A DNA stretch of 57,340 nucleotides from an uncultured Candidatus Saccharibacteria bacterium (GTDB lineage Bacteria; Patescibacteriota; Minisyncoccia; Minisyncoccales; JANBVM01). Position numbers and translations under genes: made by a program. Positions 55,262 through 57,340 of the stretch are shown in pieces. Numbering within the stretch: the stretch's first letter is position 1; each line of letters begins with the position of its first letter. The stretch covers positions 1 through 57,340 of the forward strand of contig CAZEQH010000005.1 of assembly GCA_964514375.1 (NCBI GenBank), read 5' to 3'. Below the pieces are notes generated by a model that was given only the letters and a program-made list of their open reading frames with translations, did no database searches and was not told the origin of the DNA.

Positions 55262-56161
55262 TTAATTAACGATTTTGTCCAGATACTTCTTGCCTTGATT
55301 AAAAAGTGCAAGTGCTTGTGTCGGCTCCTTTTCCATTCTAAATCGGGCCGAGAGGAAACATTGTAAAACTCTCCCTAAGAAAAATACTTTTTTAGCAATC
55401 TCATTCGATACCTCCAGGAGAGAAGCTACTTGACCCATTGCAAAGTCGTATAATAACTTATATCCTTCTATGGTTCCAGGAGCTTTATAAGCATCGCGCA
55501 CTACTCCGCCGAAACAAGCTAAATCAATTATGGGTATACCGAGAACATCCTCATGAGGATCTCCGTATTTAATTCCTTGAGGAGTCAAGTAGATATCTTC
55601 TGGAGTAAAATCCCAACTCGAGAAACAAGAAAATCGAAGATTGAGGGAATTTAAAAAATTTAAGAGTTTTCTGAGCTGCGGTAACGCCTTATTCAAGTCA
55701 AGAGGATTTAAATAACGTTCGTATTGTTCTATCACCTTATTCGCAACGCTAATTATCATACGCTTACTGTCTTCGCTAACGCGTAAACTTTCAAAATAGA
55801 TGGTTTGCATTTCCGTGATCAACCTTCGGAACAATTGGATTGGTTTCTGAGCTTGACGCAACAAAGTAATGAAATTGGGACCGCAATATTCCAGAAGAAC
55901 AAAAGCTGAATCCTTGGAAACCTGCGAGCCGATGATTGTTGGAATAAATTTATTCAATCCCATATTCTTTAGCTTCTGATAACCCGCAATATTCATCTGA
56001 ATCTCTGCAATGGTACGTTCAGTAGTCCCAATTTTTAATACTAGGGGACTGCCATCTTCCTGCTGGACTTTGTATACGGCGTTGCAAATGTTACCTCCCG
56101 TCAATACTTTTTCTACTTTAAGCCGGTATTTATTACAAATCATTAAAAGATATTCTTCCAT
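55262..56161 (-). CDS. APH/choline-kinase-like phosphotransferase (divergent)
   Basis: GGNICNAVYKV Gly loop, VLK, SWDFTPEDI and YGDP in place of HGDxxxxN and DFG; DLA. Confidence 0.6.
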   Translation of the reverse strand: MEEYLLMICNKYRLKVEKVLTGGNICNAVYKVQQEDGSPLVLKIGTTERTIAEIQMNIAGYQKLKNMGLNKFIPTIIGSQVSKDSAFVLLEYCGPNFITLLRQAQKPIQLFRRLITEMQTIYFESLRVSEDSKRMIISVANKVIEQYERYLNPLDLNKALPQLRKLLNFLNSLNLRFSCFSSWDFTPEDIYLTPQGIKYGDPHEDVLGIPIIDLACFGGVVRDAYKAPGTIEGYKLLYDFAMGQVASLLEVSNEIAKKVFFLGRVLQCFLSARFRMEKEPTQALALFNQGKKYLDKIVN

Positions 56162-56177
56162 TTTTGCACCTCCCGTC

Positions 56178-56813
56178 CTATATCAGTGAATCTAAATAAA
56201 AATCCGGTGTCCAATCTAAATGATTTTGTTTTCCAATCAAAGCAACAATACAACCCATCTTTTTCGCCATCTGTGCGTTTTCTGAATTATCTTCTACAAC
56301 GACTACTAGTTTTCCCTTCCCCAACTTTTCTTTCAAAGGATTGAAAGCTTCTGGTGCCGGTTTTATCATAAAATTCAACTCTTCCATGCCAAATATATTA
56401 GAGAAAAGAGATAATACCCCTAACGTTTTTAGGATTCGTCTAGCAAAATTCGAGGGATTATTTGTGAGTATGATTTTATCGCCCTTTAGACTAGATATCA
56501 ATTCGTAAAGAGGCTTAGACTCTCTAATCCCATAATCTTCAGGCGAGACAGAGAGGTATGTAGATTGAATAAAACGCGATACGTCTATTCCTTCATTCCT
56601 TAATGCTATGGCAGTATATCTAGTATCATACTTTCTTAACAAAGCTTCTCTTAATGCTTTTGCTTCACGGAAACCAATATTATACTCCTTTTTGATGAAA
56701 GCGACCATTAAGTTCTCTACGGCGGACTTGATTTCTTGTGTATTAGTATATAACGTCCCATCACAATCAAAAACCCATAAATCAGCAGGAATTTTTCTTA
56801 AACAGTTATGCAT
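56178..56813 (-). CDS. HAD class IA hydrolase (pyrimidine 5'-nucleotidase-like)
   Basis: VFDCDGTLY, ILTN, IKPAPEAF, VEDNSEN. Confidence 0.85.
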   Translation of the reverse strand: MHNCLRKIPADLWVFDCDGTLYTNTQEIKSAVENLMVAFIKKEYNIGFREAKALREALLRKYDTRYTAIALRNEGIDVSRFIQSTYLSVSPEDYGIRESKPLYELISSLKGDKIILTNNPSNFARRILKTLGVLSLFSNIFGMEELNFMIKPAPEAFNPLKEKLGKGKLVVVVEDNSENAQMAKKMGCIVALIGKQNHLDWTPDFYLDSLI

Positions 56814-57030
56814 GAATACACCTCCTTATTTTCTTATAAAAGTACGAATTAATTTATTGCATTACCTTTTTTTGGTACTATGCATATAAAACCATAACAG
56901 ACCAAGAAACTTTCGTCAATAATAACCATACTTAAATATTGATAATGATTAGCTTAACGGAGTCTTACATTCGTTTGACAGCGACTCGTTGTGATTTAAA
57001 AAAATCTACTGCATTGTTTTTATACAAGGC

Positions 57031-57059
57031 TTGACAAAGTTTTTAAACTCTGATATTTT
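57031..57059 (+). promoter_or_regulatory. Promoter of the T-box leader
   Basis: TTGACA-17-TATTTT with TGn. Confidence 0.6.
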
Positions 57060-57109
57060 AGTAAGCAGTTGTAAGAAATTTGAAAATTAGAAAATCCATA
57101 ACTAAGTCC

Positions 57110-57329
57110 CGGGTTTTAAATTCGGGGTTGGGCTTAGTTCTCTCGATTTACGAGAAGGATGGCCTTTGCGACAGTGAAGGCCCGGCAGTCTCCGTAACCA
57201 AGGACTAACTGATGCTGCTATCAGCAAAGTCGGTAAAAGTGATTTTGATTCGTTTTACTGACGAATTTTTTCGTTATAACGGGTTAAAATAAAAAAGGTG
57301 GCACCGCGGGAAATACCTCTCGCCCTTTT
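57110..57329 (+). promoter_or_regulatory. T-box riboswitch leader (regulated gene lies outside the window)
   Basis: AAGG-TGGCACC-GCG...CTCGCCCTTTT antiterminator at 57293-57329, preceded by multiple hairpins. Confidence 0.8.
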
Positions 57330-57340
57330 GTCCAAGCTTT

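Noticed and set aside
1-57340. Prophage, IS or integrase
   Set aside because: No integrase, transposase, terminase or structural genes recognised

Overview
57 kb of a small-genome bacterial chromosome. Gene content, mostly AT-rich translation starts without Shine-Dalgarno (SD) sites, long acidic protein tails and tRNA-flanking hairpin repeats suggest Patescibacteria (CPR, Parcubacteria-like); this is an inference. Housekeeping genes: gyrB, secE-nusG-rplK, gatB, miaA/miaB, thrS, dnaE, rnhB, rpmF-nusB-rnc-rpsP, khpA-trmD, rpmG, rplJ-rplL, mltG, pcm and 7 tRNAs. Also present: two ABC export modules, three paralogous V4R-type proteins, a deoxypyrimidine cluster (dCMP deaminase, ThyA, NYN, Tmk, tandem MazG, DeoC) and an AT-rich HAD/kinase island. 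No prophage, transposase or CRISPR-Cas was seen. The most striking signals are non-coding or sub-ORF. (1) A complete ribosome-mediated attenuator with a Thr-rich leader peptide (MKAPTLTNAITTTTTS) lies upstream of thrS, and a homologous attenuator lies upstream of an unknown 79-aa gene. (2) Several short palindromic repeat families are inserted in frame in core proteins (NPPAGG in RplL, NusB, Pcm and a small acidic protein; others in RnhB and Pcm) and also sit next to tRNAs and promoters. (3) Two adjacent, apparently standalone, highly structured RNA candidates lie at 51.7-52.7 kb. (4) There is also an SD-sequestering switch-like leader at 30.1 kb, a synonymous-only duplicate of the miaB 5' end, an L10 leader and a T-box at the window end.
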